DNA from: Macrostomum lignano
Taxonomy: Eukaryota
Reading direction: 5' to 3'
NCBI GenBank assembly: GCA_002269645.1
Contig: NIVC01001750.1
Span: 101,253-165,252 of the forward strand
Length of the DNA stretch: 64,000 nucleotides
Under the pieces are notes generated by a model that made no database searches, was not told where the DNA came from, and saw only the letters and a program-made list of their open reading frames with translations. Every line of letters starts with the position of its first letter. Position 1 is the first letter of the stretch. Positions 1 through 11,700 of the stretch are shown here, in pieces. Made by a program: the position numbers and the translations under genes.

Positions 1-345
1 TTAAAGGATGGGGAATTTATTAAAAAGTATGGGGAATTTTGAGGATGGGGAATTTCGAGGTTAGGAACTTTTAGGAAGAAAAATTTCAAGAATGGGGAAT
101 TTTTAGGACGGAAAATTTTTAAGAAAGGGGAATTTTTAGGACGAAAAATTTTAAGAATAGGAAATTCTTACAGTGGGCAACTTCCAGAATGGTGAGTGCT
201 AAGGATGATGAATTTCGAAGGTAATTACAAGCGGAATTTCAGTGGGGAGTTTTTTAATTTAAGGATTGCACACTGCAGTTATACTGCAATGCAAGGCTCC
301 TGATGTATAAATGGGAAATGGGAAATGGGAAATTTCTCATATAAA
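1..345. repeat. Degenerate purine-rich tandem repeat (GATGGGGAATTT-like units)
   Basis: Repeated GGGGAATTT / GGAAAATTT motifs at roughly 15-25 bp spacing from the window start; units are diverged. Confidence 0.6.
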
Positions 346-957
346 TCTCCCCCAAATAAAAAAAGTTGCCACGCCAACGAAAGCAGCTTTTAGATTAAAG
401 TTAAATTCTAGACTTTTAAATTTTACTAAGGCACGAGCTACTTTTTTTAAGAAACGACCATCGCACTTATCTAACGGTATTTTTGGGCACCGATTTGAAT
501 CTCATGAATACTTAGATTATTAAAGTACGAACTATAACAGATTAAATAAATAAAAAACAAGCCTTACAGCTATAAGATGATTATATTGTGGCTAAAAAGG
601 CATTTGTTAAAATATTTCACTTACCAGTGGCAGAAAGCGCGCAATTGGATAAACTTATAAGGCTAAATTAGCTCGAGTCAGGAGCCACGCAAGCTCAATT
701 GCCGGTAGCTTATCTTATATAAGCAGTTAAATTACTATGGTACATTTTTGCAAGGTTAAAATTTAGTCGCTTGTAAAGTTTAGACAATAGAAATTGAAGG
801 CATTAAATTTAGTTGGCCATAAAAGTTTTGGTCGTAAATTACATGTGTGCACAATTATAGATTTGTTGGGGTCATTCTGCAATTGATTGGTATTGTAGCG
901 TCTTCGACTGCCCCCCCTCTGGACGGCGTCCCAAGAAGCGTTTTAAGATCTGTAATG

Positions 958-3641
958 CAGAGGTCGGCAAATTCCGGCCCGCCAAGCCTCTCTATCCGGC
1001 TAAATGAGTGCCTGCGGCGCTAAAATGAGTGCCTGCGGCGCTAAAATGAGTGCCTGCGGCGCTAAAATGAGTGCCTGCGGCGCTAAAATGAGTGCCTGCG
1101 GCGCCAAAATGAGTGCCTGCGGCGCTAAAATGAGTGCCTGCGGCGCCAAAATGAGTGCCTGCGGCGCTAAAATGAGTGCCTGCGGCGCCAAAATGAGTGC
1201 CTGCAGCGCTAAAATGAGTGCCTGCAGCGCTAAAATGAGTGCCTGTGGCCCTAAAATGAGTGCCTGCGGCCCTAAAATGAGTGCCTGCGGCCCTAAAATG
1301 AGTGCCTGCGGCCCCAAAACGAGTGTCTGCGGCGCTAAAATGAGTGCCTGTGGCCCTAAAATGAGTGCCTGCGGCCCTAAAATGAGTGCCTGCGGCCCCA
1401 AAACGAGTGCCTGCGGCGCTAAAATGAGTGCCTGCCGCGCTAAAATGAGTGCCTGCAGCGCTAAAATGAGTGCATGCCTGCGGCGCTAAAATGAGTGCCT
1501 GCGGCGCTAAAATGAGTGCCTGTGGCGCTAAAATGAGTGCCTGCGGCGCTAAAATGAGTGCCTGCGGCGCCAAAATGAGTGCCTGCGGCGCTAAAATGAG
1601 TGCCTGCGGCGCTAAAATGATTGCCTGCGGCGCTAAAATGAGTGCCTGCGGCGCTAAAATGAGTGCCTGCGGCGCCAAAATGAGTGCCTGCAGCGCTAAA
1701 ATGAGTGCCTGCAGCGCTAAAATGAGTGCCTGTGGCCCTAAAATGAGTGCCTGCGGCCCTAAAATGAGTGCCTGCGGCCCTAAAATGAGTGCCTGCGGCC
1801 CCAAAACGAGTGTCTGCGGCGCTAAAATGAGTGCCTGTGGCCCTAAAATGAGTGCCTGCGGCCCTAAAATGAGTGCCTGCGGCCCCAAAACGAGTGCCTG
1901 CGGCGCTAAAATGAGTGCCTGCCGCGCTAAAATGAGTGCCTGCAGCGCTAAAATGAGTGCATGCCTGCGGCGCTAAAATGAGTGCCTGCGGCGCTAAAAT
2001 GAGTGCCTGTGGCGCTAAAATGAGTGCCTGCGGCGCTAAAATGAGTGCCTGCGGCGCCAAAATGAGTGCCTGCAGCGCTAAAATGAGTGCCTGCGGCGCT
2101 AAAATGATTGCCTGCGGCGCTAAAATGAGTGCCTGCGGCGCTAAAATGAGTGCCTGCGGCGCCAAAATGAGTGCCTGCAGCGCTAAAATGAGTGCCTGCA
2201 GCGCTAAAATGAGTGCATGCCTGCGGCGCTAAAATGAGTGCCTGCGGCGCTAAAATGAGTGCCTGTGGCGCTAAAATGAGTGCCTGCCGCGCTAAAATGA
2301 GTGCCTGCCGCGCTAAAATGAGTGCCTGCGGCGCTAAAATGATTGCCTGCGGCGCTAAAATGAGTGCCTGCGGCGCTAAAATGAGTGCCTGCGGCGCCAA
2401 AATGAGTGCCTGCAGCGCTAAAATGAGTGCATGCCTGCGGCGCTAAAATGAGTGCCTGCGGCGCTAAAATGAGTGCCTGTGGCGCTAAAATGAGTGCCTG
2501 CCGCGCTAAAATGAGTGCCCGCGGCGCTAAAATGAGTGCCTGCAGCGCTAAAATGAGTGCCTGCGGCGCTAAAATGAGTGCCTGCAGCGCTAAAATGAGT
2601 GCCTGCGGCGCTAAAATGAGTGCCTGCGGCGCTAAAATGAGTGCCTGCGGCGCCAAAATGAGTGCCTGCAGCGCTAAAATGAGTGCCTGCAGCGCTAAAA
2701 TGAGTGCATGCCTGCGGCGCTAAAATGAGTGCCTGCGGCGCTAAAATGAGTGCCTGTGCCGCTAAAATGAGTGCCTGCCGCGCTAAAATGAGTGCCTGCC
2801 GCGCTAAAATGAGTGCCTGCGGCGCTAAAATGATTGCCTGCGGCGCTAAAATGAGTGCCTGCGGCGCTAAAATGAGTGCCTGCGGCGCCAAAATGAGTGC
2901 CTGCAGCGCTAAAATGAGTGCCTGCAGCGCTAAAATGAGTGCATGCCTGCGGCGCTAAAATGAGTGCCTGCGGCGCTAAAATGAGTGCCTGTGGCGCTAA
3001 AATGAGTGCCTGCAGCGCTAAAATGAGTGCCTGCGGCGCTAAAATGAGTGCCTGCAGCGCTAAAATGAGTGCCTGCGGCGCTAAAATGAGTGCCTGCGGC
3101 GCTAAAATGAGTGCCTGTGGCGCTAAAATGAGTGCCTGCCGCGCTAAAATGAGTGCCCGCGGCGCTAAAATGAGTGCCTGCAGCGCTAAAATGAGTGCAT
3201 GCCTGCGGCGCTAAAATGAGTGCCTGCAGCGCTAAAATGAGTGCCTGCAGCGCTAAAATGAGTGCATGCCTGCGGCGCTAAAATGAGTGCCTGCGGCGCT
3301 AAAATGAGTGCCTGCGGCGCTAAAATGAGTGCCTGCGGCGCTAAAATGAGTGCCTGCGGCGCTAAAATGAGTGCCTGCGGCCCTAAAATGAGTGCCTGCA
3401 GCGCTAAAATGAGTGCCTGCGGCGCTAAAATGAATGCCTGCGGCGCTAAAATGAGTGCCTGTGGCGCTAAAATGAGTGCCTGTGGCGCTAAAACGAGTGC
3501 CTGCCGCGCTAAAATGAGTGCCTGCCGCGCTAAAATGTGCCTGTGGCGCTAAAATGAGCGCTGACAACACGACTCATAATGTACATGTTGAATTCTTGAC
3601 TTTGCCCCCCTCCCATCATAAAATTCATGGCGACGCCCCTG
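958..3641 (+). mobile_element. Non-autonomous DNA-transposon/MITE-like carrier of the 21-bp array (copy 1; left end uncertain)
   Basis: The right flank TGTACATGTTGAATTCTTG...CCCCCC...ATAAAAT.CATGGCGACGCCCCTG (ends 3641) recurs after the same array at 46335, 47540 and 48745. The left flank CAGAGGTCGGCAAATTCCGGCCCGC (958) resembles hAT/Charlie-type termini but does not match the left end of copy 2. No TSD seen. Confidence 0.5.
998..3560 (+). repeat. 21-bp minisatellite (GCTAAAATGAGTGCCTGCGGC)n with higher-order variant blocks
   Basis: Directly visible tandem array of ~120 units; explains the MSACGAK, ALILAPQ and GTHFSAA ORFs; punctuated by a 25-bp variant unit carrying a GCAT insertion. Confidence 0.98.
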
Positions 3642-5749
3642 CTTTTGAATGAAAATAACGAAGACAAAAAAGCATGAAAGTTTTAGATTTGTTTTACTCA
3701 ATTCTCGAGGCAATCGGATTCTCAGTGTTAATTTACTGAACAAAGGAAAAGCGAAGAAAGAAGAAGATTGATGCGATTGTGTGCTGGTTAAACTTTATAA
3801 TAATAGCAATAGTAATAATAAATCTATACGCGTAACTCTTGTGAAAGTCGGGCAGTTTTACAGAATACGAACACAAGTACAGATATTAAATAAATGAGTA
3901 TGCATGCTCAGATCCCAGACAGTGGGAGCTCAGAGACTTGCGAATCAGCAAGTGATGATGAATTAATTCTCCAAGACGCGCATTCGAAATCAGACAGACG
4001 TCTTTGCAACCGCAGGAAAGGAAAAAGTTTATAGTCAGATCAGAGGGCCGAGTTTTTCATGCGCAGATTTAAGTCTCTATAGAATCTACAGAATGGCTAC
4101 CGGCACACTCTACTAACAAGTAATATATAGATGAATATAGTAATAATTACAAATAAAAGACAGTTTCGCACAGCATAGCAAAAGGCAGAATGAATGAACG
4201 AACTTAAAATGATTTCTGAGCACGGAGTAGCACAGGATAAAATATAATTCCGCTTCAATTAACAAGGTATATATAATAGGTATGATTTAAAAAAACACGC
4301 ACAAAAATGAATTCATGCGCTACTACTGCCCAAATAATCTGTTACCTTTGTTTTTAAACGACTGGTACCGATGAATAGGTTATTATTATATATAAAAAGA
4401 AGGCGTGTTCTCTTAGTGCAGCAAATTCTGAACATTCATGTATAGATATAAATGTAATGCAAATATTAGATAATCCAAGTCTGACACCGCCAAGACAAAA
4501 CAATGGCTTGAATTTTTTAGTTTCAATCAGCAATAAACAATTTTGCGAGAAGGAATTTACTAAAAAAAATTCACTACTGGCTAAGGGCCGACCAAGCAAA
4601 CAAGAAAATCAAGGATCATTTCTTTTATTTGTCAAATCTTAAAATCAACAGAGCAAAAAGAGGAAATTATAAGCAAGCAATGTGTAATGCCTGTGCATAT
4701 AAGTGACAATGAAAGCATTAAGCATAATTCATTTATCATAAATAATTTCAAAAAAAGGGAATTACGAATTGAAAAAATAACAAGCACAAAAATCATACAT
4801 ATAGAACTAAAATTGCACGCTTAAACTGGCTGAGCTGACAGTACAGGGAGAGCACACGCTAAATGAATTATCGTTTATTAACGTATGTAATCATTGATTC
4901 TATTAATAAATCGGCCACTTTATTTACTACCACGGCGACATACTACTTTCAGCGACTCGACATTTATAATTCTTTTTTGTTGCAAAAATAAAACTTGATT
5001 TAACAATTTTTTCCTTTGAAGCGTTAGCATACTACTTTCAGCGACCGGAGTCATATAAATAAGCCAAACCCGCTATAACAAAAATTATATCAAATAATAG
5101 TTGTATTCCTCTGTTGAAAGCAAATCAACAACAACACAAGATGCAGATTGTGATACTAATACTAATAATTAATTAATAATCATTTAAATTAATAAGCAAA
5201 TCCCGATGAAAACAGTGTCTAGGCCAAGAAGCGTTTCAGAGTTGTTTCAGGTAACGCAGGTAGAATAGGAAAGGAGTGACTCTAGCAGATTTTAAAACGA
5301 CGAGATGTCTCTGCGTCGCTTTCTGAACTAATTGCAGTTCGCAGTTATAAATAAAAAACTCTATTTAGCCTACTTGACTCAGTAGAAAGTTATGCGCCAA
5401 TAAAAACGACTCTAGGAAAACTTTTTATCGCGAGTCTCTTTAAGATTCTGCAACTCACGTGACCTGCAAAGCTGTTTGGCACAGGGAGGTCAAATCCTAA
5501 CATAGAGAAATAAAATAATTTTATCAGATTATAACTGATAGTGTAGGCAGCTACAGTCAGTTACATTATTAACAAAGCGGTGAAATTGACCCAGTGTATA
5601 AAACAGAAGCACAGCCTCAGTTCTACATCACGCTGCTATGCCCATCCATGCCGCTATAATCAAAATATGAAATCAGTCGGAGATAAACGCAAAAAAAACC
5701 AAGGCGTTCAACCCAGACCGATGCTCAAAGAAATTGAAGCCAACTAATG

Positions 5750-8700
5750 TCAGGAATATTTCACCATCTTTTGCAAGGTCTGCAGAAATTCCTGATACGA
5801 CTGGCTAGCGCCGCCCTCAGACCGGTCCTCGACTAGATAGCGCGTGAACCTGCCGCGCTGGCGCCCGTCCTCGCGCAGCAGGGTGAGCGGCGCCCCGAAC
5901 GGCCGGTCGCTTTGAAGGCATTCGACAAAACCGCGAACCCGCTCGGACAGGGGATTGTCCAGCTCTGGGAGGCCGAGCTGGCCGTCACGAATCTTTAAAG
6001 AGAAGGGTGGTCGTGTTCTTTTAAGATGGGATAATGGGGATCTTTCAAGATGGGAGAATGGGGCTCTTTCAAGATGGGACAATGGGGCTCTTTCAAGATG
6101 GGACAATGGGGATCTTTCAAGATGGGATAATGGGGATCTTTCAAGATGGGAGAATGGGGCTCTTTCAAGATGGGACAATGGGGATCTTTCAAGATGGGAG
6201 AATGGGGCTCTTTCAAGAATGGGGCTCTTTCAAGATGGGATAATGGGGATCTTTCAAGATGGGAGAATGGGGCTCTTTCAAGATGGGATAATGGGGCTCT
6301 TTCAAGATGGGAGAATGGGGATCTTTCAAGATGGGAGAATGGGAATCTTTCAAGATGGGAGAATGGGGCTCTTTCAAGATGGGAGAATGGGGGTTTTTAT
6401 TAAGAGAGAATTGAAATATTTATTGAGAGGTAATGGGATCTTTATTGAGAACAGGGGCCTTTATTACAAGAGAATGGGGATCTCTATGGAGATAGGGGAT
6501 CTCTATTGAGATAGGGGATCTCTATTAAGAATGGGGATCTCTATTGAGATAGGGGATCTCTATTAAGAATGGGGATCTCTATTGAGATAGAGGATCTCTA
6601 TAAAGACTGAGGAATAAAAAAAGAATGGGGATCTCTATAAAGAACGGGATCGCTATAATGAATGGAGATCGCGATTGATAATGTGAGTCCATCAAGAGAG
6701 AATGGGGATCTCTATTGAGAATTGGGATCTTTATCAAAAGAAAATGGGGATCTCTATTGAGAATTGGGATCTTTATCAAAAGAGAATGGGGATCTCTATT
6801 GAGAATGGGGATCTCTATTGAGAATTGGGATCTTTATCAAAAGAGAATGGGGATCTCTATTGAGAATTGGGATCTTTATCAAAAGAGAATGGGGATCTCT
6901 ATTGAGAATGGGGATCTCTATTGAGAATGGGGATCTCTATTGAGAATTGGGATCTTTATCAAAAGAGAATGGGGATCTCTATTGAGAATGGGGATCTCTA
7001 TTGAGAATTGGGATCTTTATCAAAAGAGAATGGGGATCTCTATTGAGAATTGGGATCTTTATCAAAAGAGAATGGGGATCTCTATTGAGAATGGGGATCT
7101 CTATTGAGAATTGGGATCTTTATCAAGAGAGAATGGGGATCTCTATTGAGAATGGGGATATCTATTGAGAATTGGGATCTTTATCAAAAGAGAATGGGGA
7201 TCTCTATTGAGAATTGGGATCTTTATCAAAAGAGAATGGGGATCTCTATTGAGAATTGGGATCTTTATCAAAAGAGAATGGGGATCTCTATTGAGAATGG
7301 GGATCTCTATTGAGAATTGGGATCTTTATCAAAAGAGAATGGGGATCTGAATTAGAACAGAAATGGGAACATTTTGAGAAGGGAGAATTAGAATATTTTA
7401 CTGCAGAATTTACCTGCTGAAAGGAGTCCACAGCGAACAGCTGTTGATAGACAGCCTGAGGCATGCCGGAGAACACAAACAGCAGCAACTCCCTGCCGGC
7501 ATCAAGCAGATACAATCCGCCGCGTTCAAGAAACTGAGCGCTCAAATGCAGCCTAGGCGGCTCGTCAATTTCGTCGTCAGATACTGATTGATTGTTTTGC
7601 TTCTGATCCTCCTGCTGCTGCTGCTGCTGCTGCTGCGGCGGCGGCGGCGGCCAAGCCGAAGGATGCAAAGCGTACAGATCCGGATAGGCCCGCATCAGCA
7701 GGAAGCGCAGCGGTGTCAGCTTCATAGCGGCCAGAGCGCCCGCCCGTTCGTCTAATCTGGTGCTGACGCCGAGCCGGAAGGCGGTGCACTTCATCAGGGC
7801 CAGCACCAGAGCCGGCAGCAGGCGCAGATGATAGGGCACGCACAGACTGCCAATTCTCTGGCCAGATGATAGGGCGCAATTGCCGTAGGCTGTGATCAGA
7901 TCGACTACGGCGTTAACTAGAGCCTCTCTGGCGTCTGTCAGACTGCTGCCGATCGTCCGGTCTGTGGCCATCAGGGCTAGCAGGCCAGCAACCTGGCGGG
8001 CCGGTGGGTGATTGACAGCTGGATTAGCCACGTGAGTCGAGTTGGTGAAGGCGTTTTGGGTTTGCTGTGGAGGTTGTTTCTTATAAGGCTGGCATTCATG
8101 TGTGACGGCCAGTCACTGTCAGTGACATCTAATGTGACCGCCAGTGACATCTAATGTGACTGTCAGTGACATCTAATGTGACTGTCAGTGACATCTAATG
8201 TGACCGTCCGTGACATCTAATTTGACTGTCAGCGACATCTAATGTGACTGTCAGCGACATCTAATGTGACCGCCAGTGACATCTAATGTGACTGTCAGTG
8301 ACATCTAATGTGACCGTCCGTGACATCTAATTTGACCGTCAGTGACATCTAATGTGACCGTCAGTGACCCCTAATGTGACCGCCAGTGACATCTAATGTG
8401 ACCGTCAGTGACATCTAATTTGACCGTCAGTGACATCTAATTTGACCGTCAGTGACATCTAATGTGACTGTCAGTGACATCTAAGCTAATGTGACCGTCC
8501 GTGACATCTAATTTGACTGTCAGCGACATCTAATGTGACTGTCAGTGACATCTAATGTGACCGTCCGTGACATCTAATTTGACTGTCAGCGACATCTAAT
8601 GTGACTGTCAGTGACATCTAATGTGACCGTCCGTGACATCTAATTTGACTGTCAGCGACATCTAATGTGACTGTCAGCGACATCTAATGTGACCGCCAGT

Positions 8701-11700
8701 GACATCTAATGTGACTGTCAGTGACATCTAATGTGACCGTCCGTGACATCTAATTTGACTGTCAGCGACATCTAATGTGACTGTCAGTGACATCTAATGT
8801 GACCGTCCGTGACATCTAATTTGACTGTCAGCGACATCTAATGTGACTGTCAGCGACATCTAATGTGACCGCCAGTGACATCTAATGTGACTGTCAGTGA
8901 CATCTAATGTGACCGTCCGTGACATCTAATTTGACTGTCAGCGACATCTAATGTGACTGTCAGCGACATCTAATGTGACCGCCAGTGACATCTAATGTGA
9001 CTGTCAGTGACATCTAATGTGACCGTCCGTGACATCTAATTTGACCGTCAGTGACATCTAATTTGACCGTCAGTGACATCTAATGTGACTGTCAGTGACA
9101 TCTAATGTGACCGTCCGTGACATCTAATTTGACCGTCAGTGACATCTAATGTGACCGTCAGTGACAGTCTATTGCAACAGTGTATTATTAGCGTGACACC
9201 GTCAGGACAAGAGTTGAAGTGAGGATTCGCTTCGGCAGTAACTATTGTCGGACTGAACATATGAATATGCTACAAAAAGTCTAAAAATTCTAACCGCTCT
9301 CTGATCGGCGCCACGAAACACGTCCTCCAACCGGCTGGTGACCGGCACAGCCAGGGTGTGCACTCGAATTCGACGCTCGCCTTTAGCCGACGTGTACAGC
9401 AGAGCGGCTTGGCACACGGCCAATTGTACATCGGCCAGACTATCCTCCAGTGCTAGCTGAATGCCAAAGCCTGCGTCAGGATTGACAGTCGGCAGCGACA
9501 GCAGGTCGGTGGATCGGACAAAACAGGAGCCGTGGAAAGCCGATATGCTGATGCCTTTGGTGCACCGCAGTCGCATCACGGCTTCGAAACCGATCTTCCT
9601 AGTAACGTAGCGATTGAAATCCGTGGACAGCCTGGCTCGCTCCTCGTCCGGCCGTTCGGCCATGTCCGGATAGTGAAAGAAATCGCCGGACGAGAACAGA
9701 CTGGCCGGCAGTAAGGATGGCAGATCTACAGGCTGAGGCGCCAGGCAGAACAGATCGATGCCAAGTTGAACTCCGCAGCAGTCCAACGCCAGGCGTTTAT
9801 AAAAATCTGTGCCAGGCTGTAGAATTCCCGAGCTCGGCTTGCCGGCTCGAGTTGACGGGTCGTCGCGATTTTGTAGAGCGCCCGGGCCCAGGCTGGGCAG
9901 GCTGGCTACGAATGCGGTGACGCGGCCGCCGTATGACTGCGGATTGGAGATGATATGGGTGCCAGGGAGGCTTTGGTGGAGAATATATATATAGTATAGT
10001 GCTGCATTGAGAGGATCAATCACTTTGAGGAAACGGCGGCCCTCTAAAACGCGTATTTCAGAGGTGTCACGGGTCTTCATCAGAAGCACTGGAAGGGTCA
10101 GAGGCCCCTCGTCAGAAGCATTGGGAGGGGTCAGAGGCCCCTCGTCAGAAGCATTGGAGGGGTCAGAGGCCCCTCATCAGAAGCATTGGGAGGGGTCAGA
10201 GGCCCCTCATCAGAAGCATTGGGAGGGGTCAGAGGCCCCTCGTCAGAAGCACTGGGAGGGGTCAGAGGCCCCTCGTCAGAAACATTGGGAGGGGTCAGAG
10301 GCCCCTCGTCAGAAACATTGGGAGGGGTCAGAGGCCCCTCGTCAGAAGCATTGAGAGGGGTCAGAGGCCCCTCGTCAGAAGCATTGGGAGGGGTCAGAGG
10401 CCCCTCGTCAGAAACATTGGGAGGGGTCAGAGGCCCCTCGTCAGAAACATTGGGAGGGGTCAGAGGTCCCTCGTCAGAAACATTGGGAGGGGTCAGAGGT
10501 CCCTCGTCAGAAACATTGGGAGGGGTCAGAGGCCCCTCGTCAGAAACATTGGGAGGGGTCAGAGGCCCCTCGTCAGAAACATTGTGAGGGGTCAGAGGCC
10601 CCTCGTCAGAAACATTGGGAGGGGTCAGAGGCCCCTCGTCAGAAACATTGGGAGGGGTCAGAGGTCCCTCGTCAGAAACATTGGGAGGGGTCAGAGGCCC
10701 CTCGTCAGAAACATTGGGAGGGGTCAGAGGCCCCTCGTCAGAAACATTGGGAGGGGTCAGAGGCCCCTCGTCAGAAACATTGTGAGGGGTCAGAGGCCCC
10801 TCGTCAGAAACATTGGGAGGGGTCAGAGGTCCCTCGTCAGAAACATTGGGAGGGGTCAGAGGTCCCTCGTCAGAAACATTGGGAGGGGTCAGAGGTCCCT
10901 CGTCAGAAACATTGTGAGGGGTCAGAGGCCCCTCGTCAGAAACATTGGGAGGGGTCAGAGGTCCCTCGTCAGAAACATTGGGAGGGGTCAGAGGTCCCTC
11001 GTCAGAAACATTGGGAGGGGTCAGAGGCCCCTCGTCAGAAACATTGGGAGGGGTCAGAGGCCCCTCGTCAGAAACATTGGGAGGGGTCAGAGGTCCCTCG
11101 TCAGAAACATTGGGAGGGGTCAGAGGTCCCTCGTCAGAAACATTGTGAGGGGTCAGAGGCCCCTCGTCAGAAACATTGGGAGGGGTCAGAGGTCCCTCGT
11201 CAGAAACATTGTGAGGGGTCAGAGGCCCCTCGTCAGAAACATTGTGAGGGGTCAGAGGCCCCTCGTCAGAAACATTGGGAGGGGTCAGAGGTCCCTCGTC
11301 AGAAACATTGTGAGGGGTCAGAGGCCCCTCGTCAGAAACATTGTGAGGGGTCAGAGGCCCCTCGTCAGAAACATTGTGAGGGGTCAGAGGCCCTTCGTCA
11401 GAAGCGCGTCAGCGTCATGCTGAAAGCTAAAAAGTGGTCAATGTCTGTCGAAACATTTGAGGTGGGGGGTCAATGGCCCACCGAAACCCTTACTTAGGAG
11501 GGGTCAAAAGGCCCACCGAAAAGGTCACTCAGGAGGGGTCAATGACCCTAGGGGCACATTCTAGACACAATTGCTCACCTGCGCTAGTTTATAAGCCATC
11601 TGCAGTGCTGTGCCCAGACAAGACCCCGGCGCCTCCGGGAACTCCTGAATCGGCAGAGTCTCCAACAGTTCGGCGATGGCGTCACGACACTCCGACACGG

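Noticed and set aside
1-345. Telomeric repeat at the window start
   Set aside because: The motif is GGGGAATTT-like and degenerate, not a TTAGGG-type array.
992-3570. Long ORFs such as MSACGAK, ALILAPQ and GTHFSAA repeats (also at 45-48.5 kb)
   Set aside because: Open in several frames and both strands only because the 21-bp unit lacks stops in those frames; no splice or domain support.
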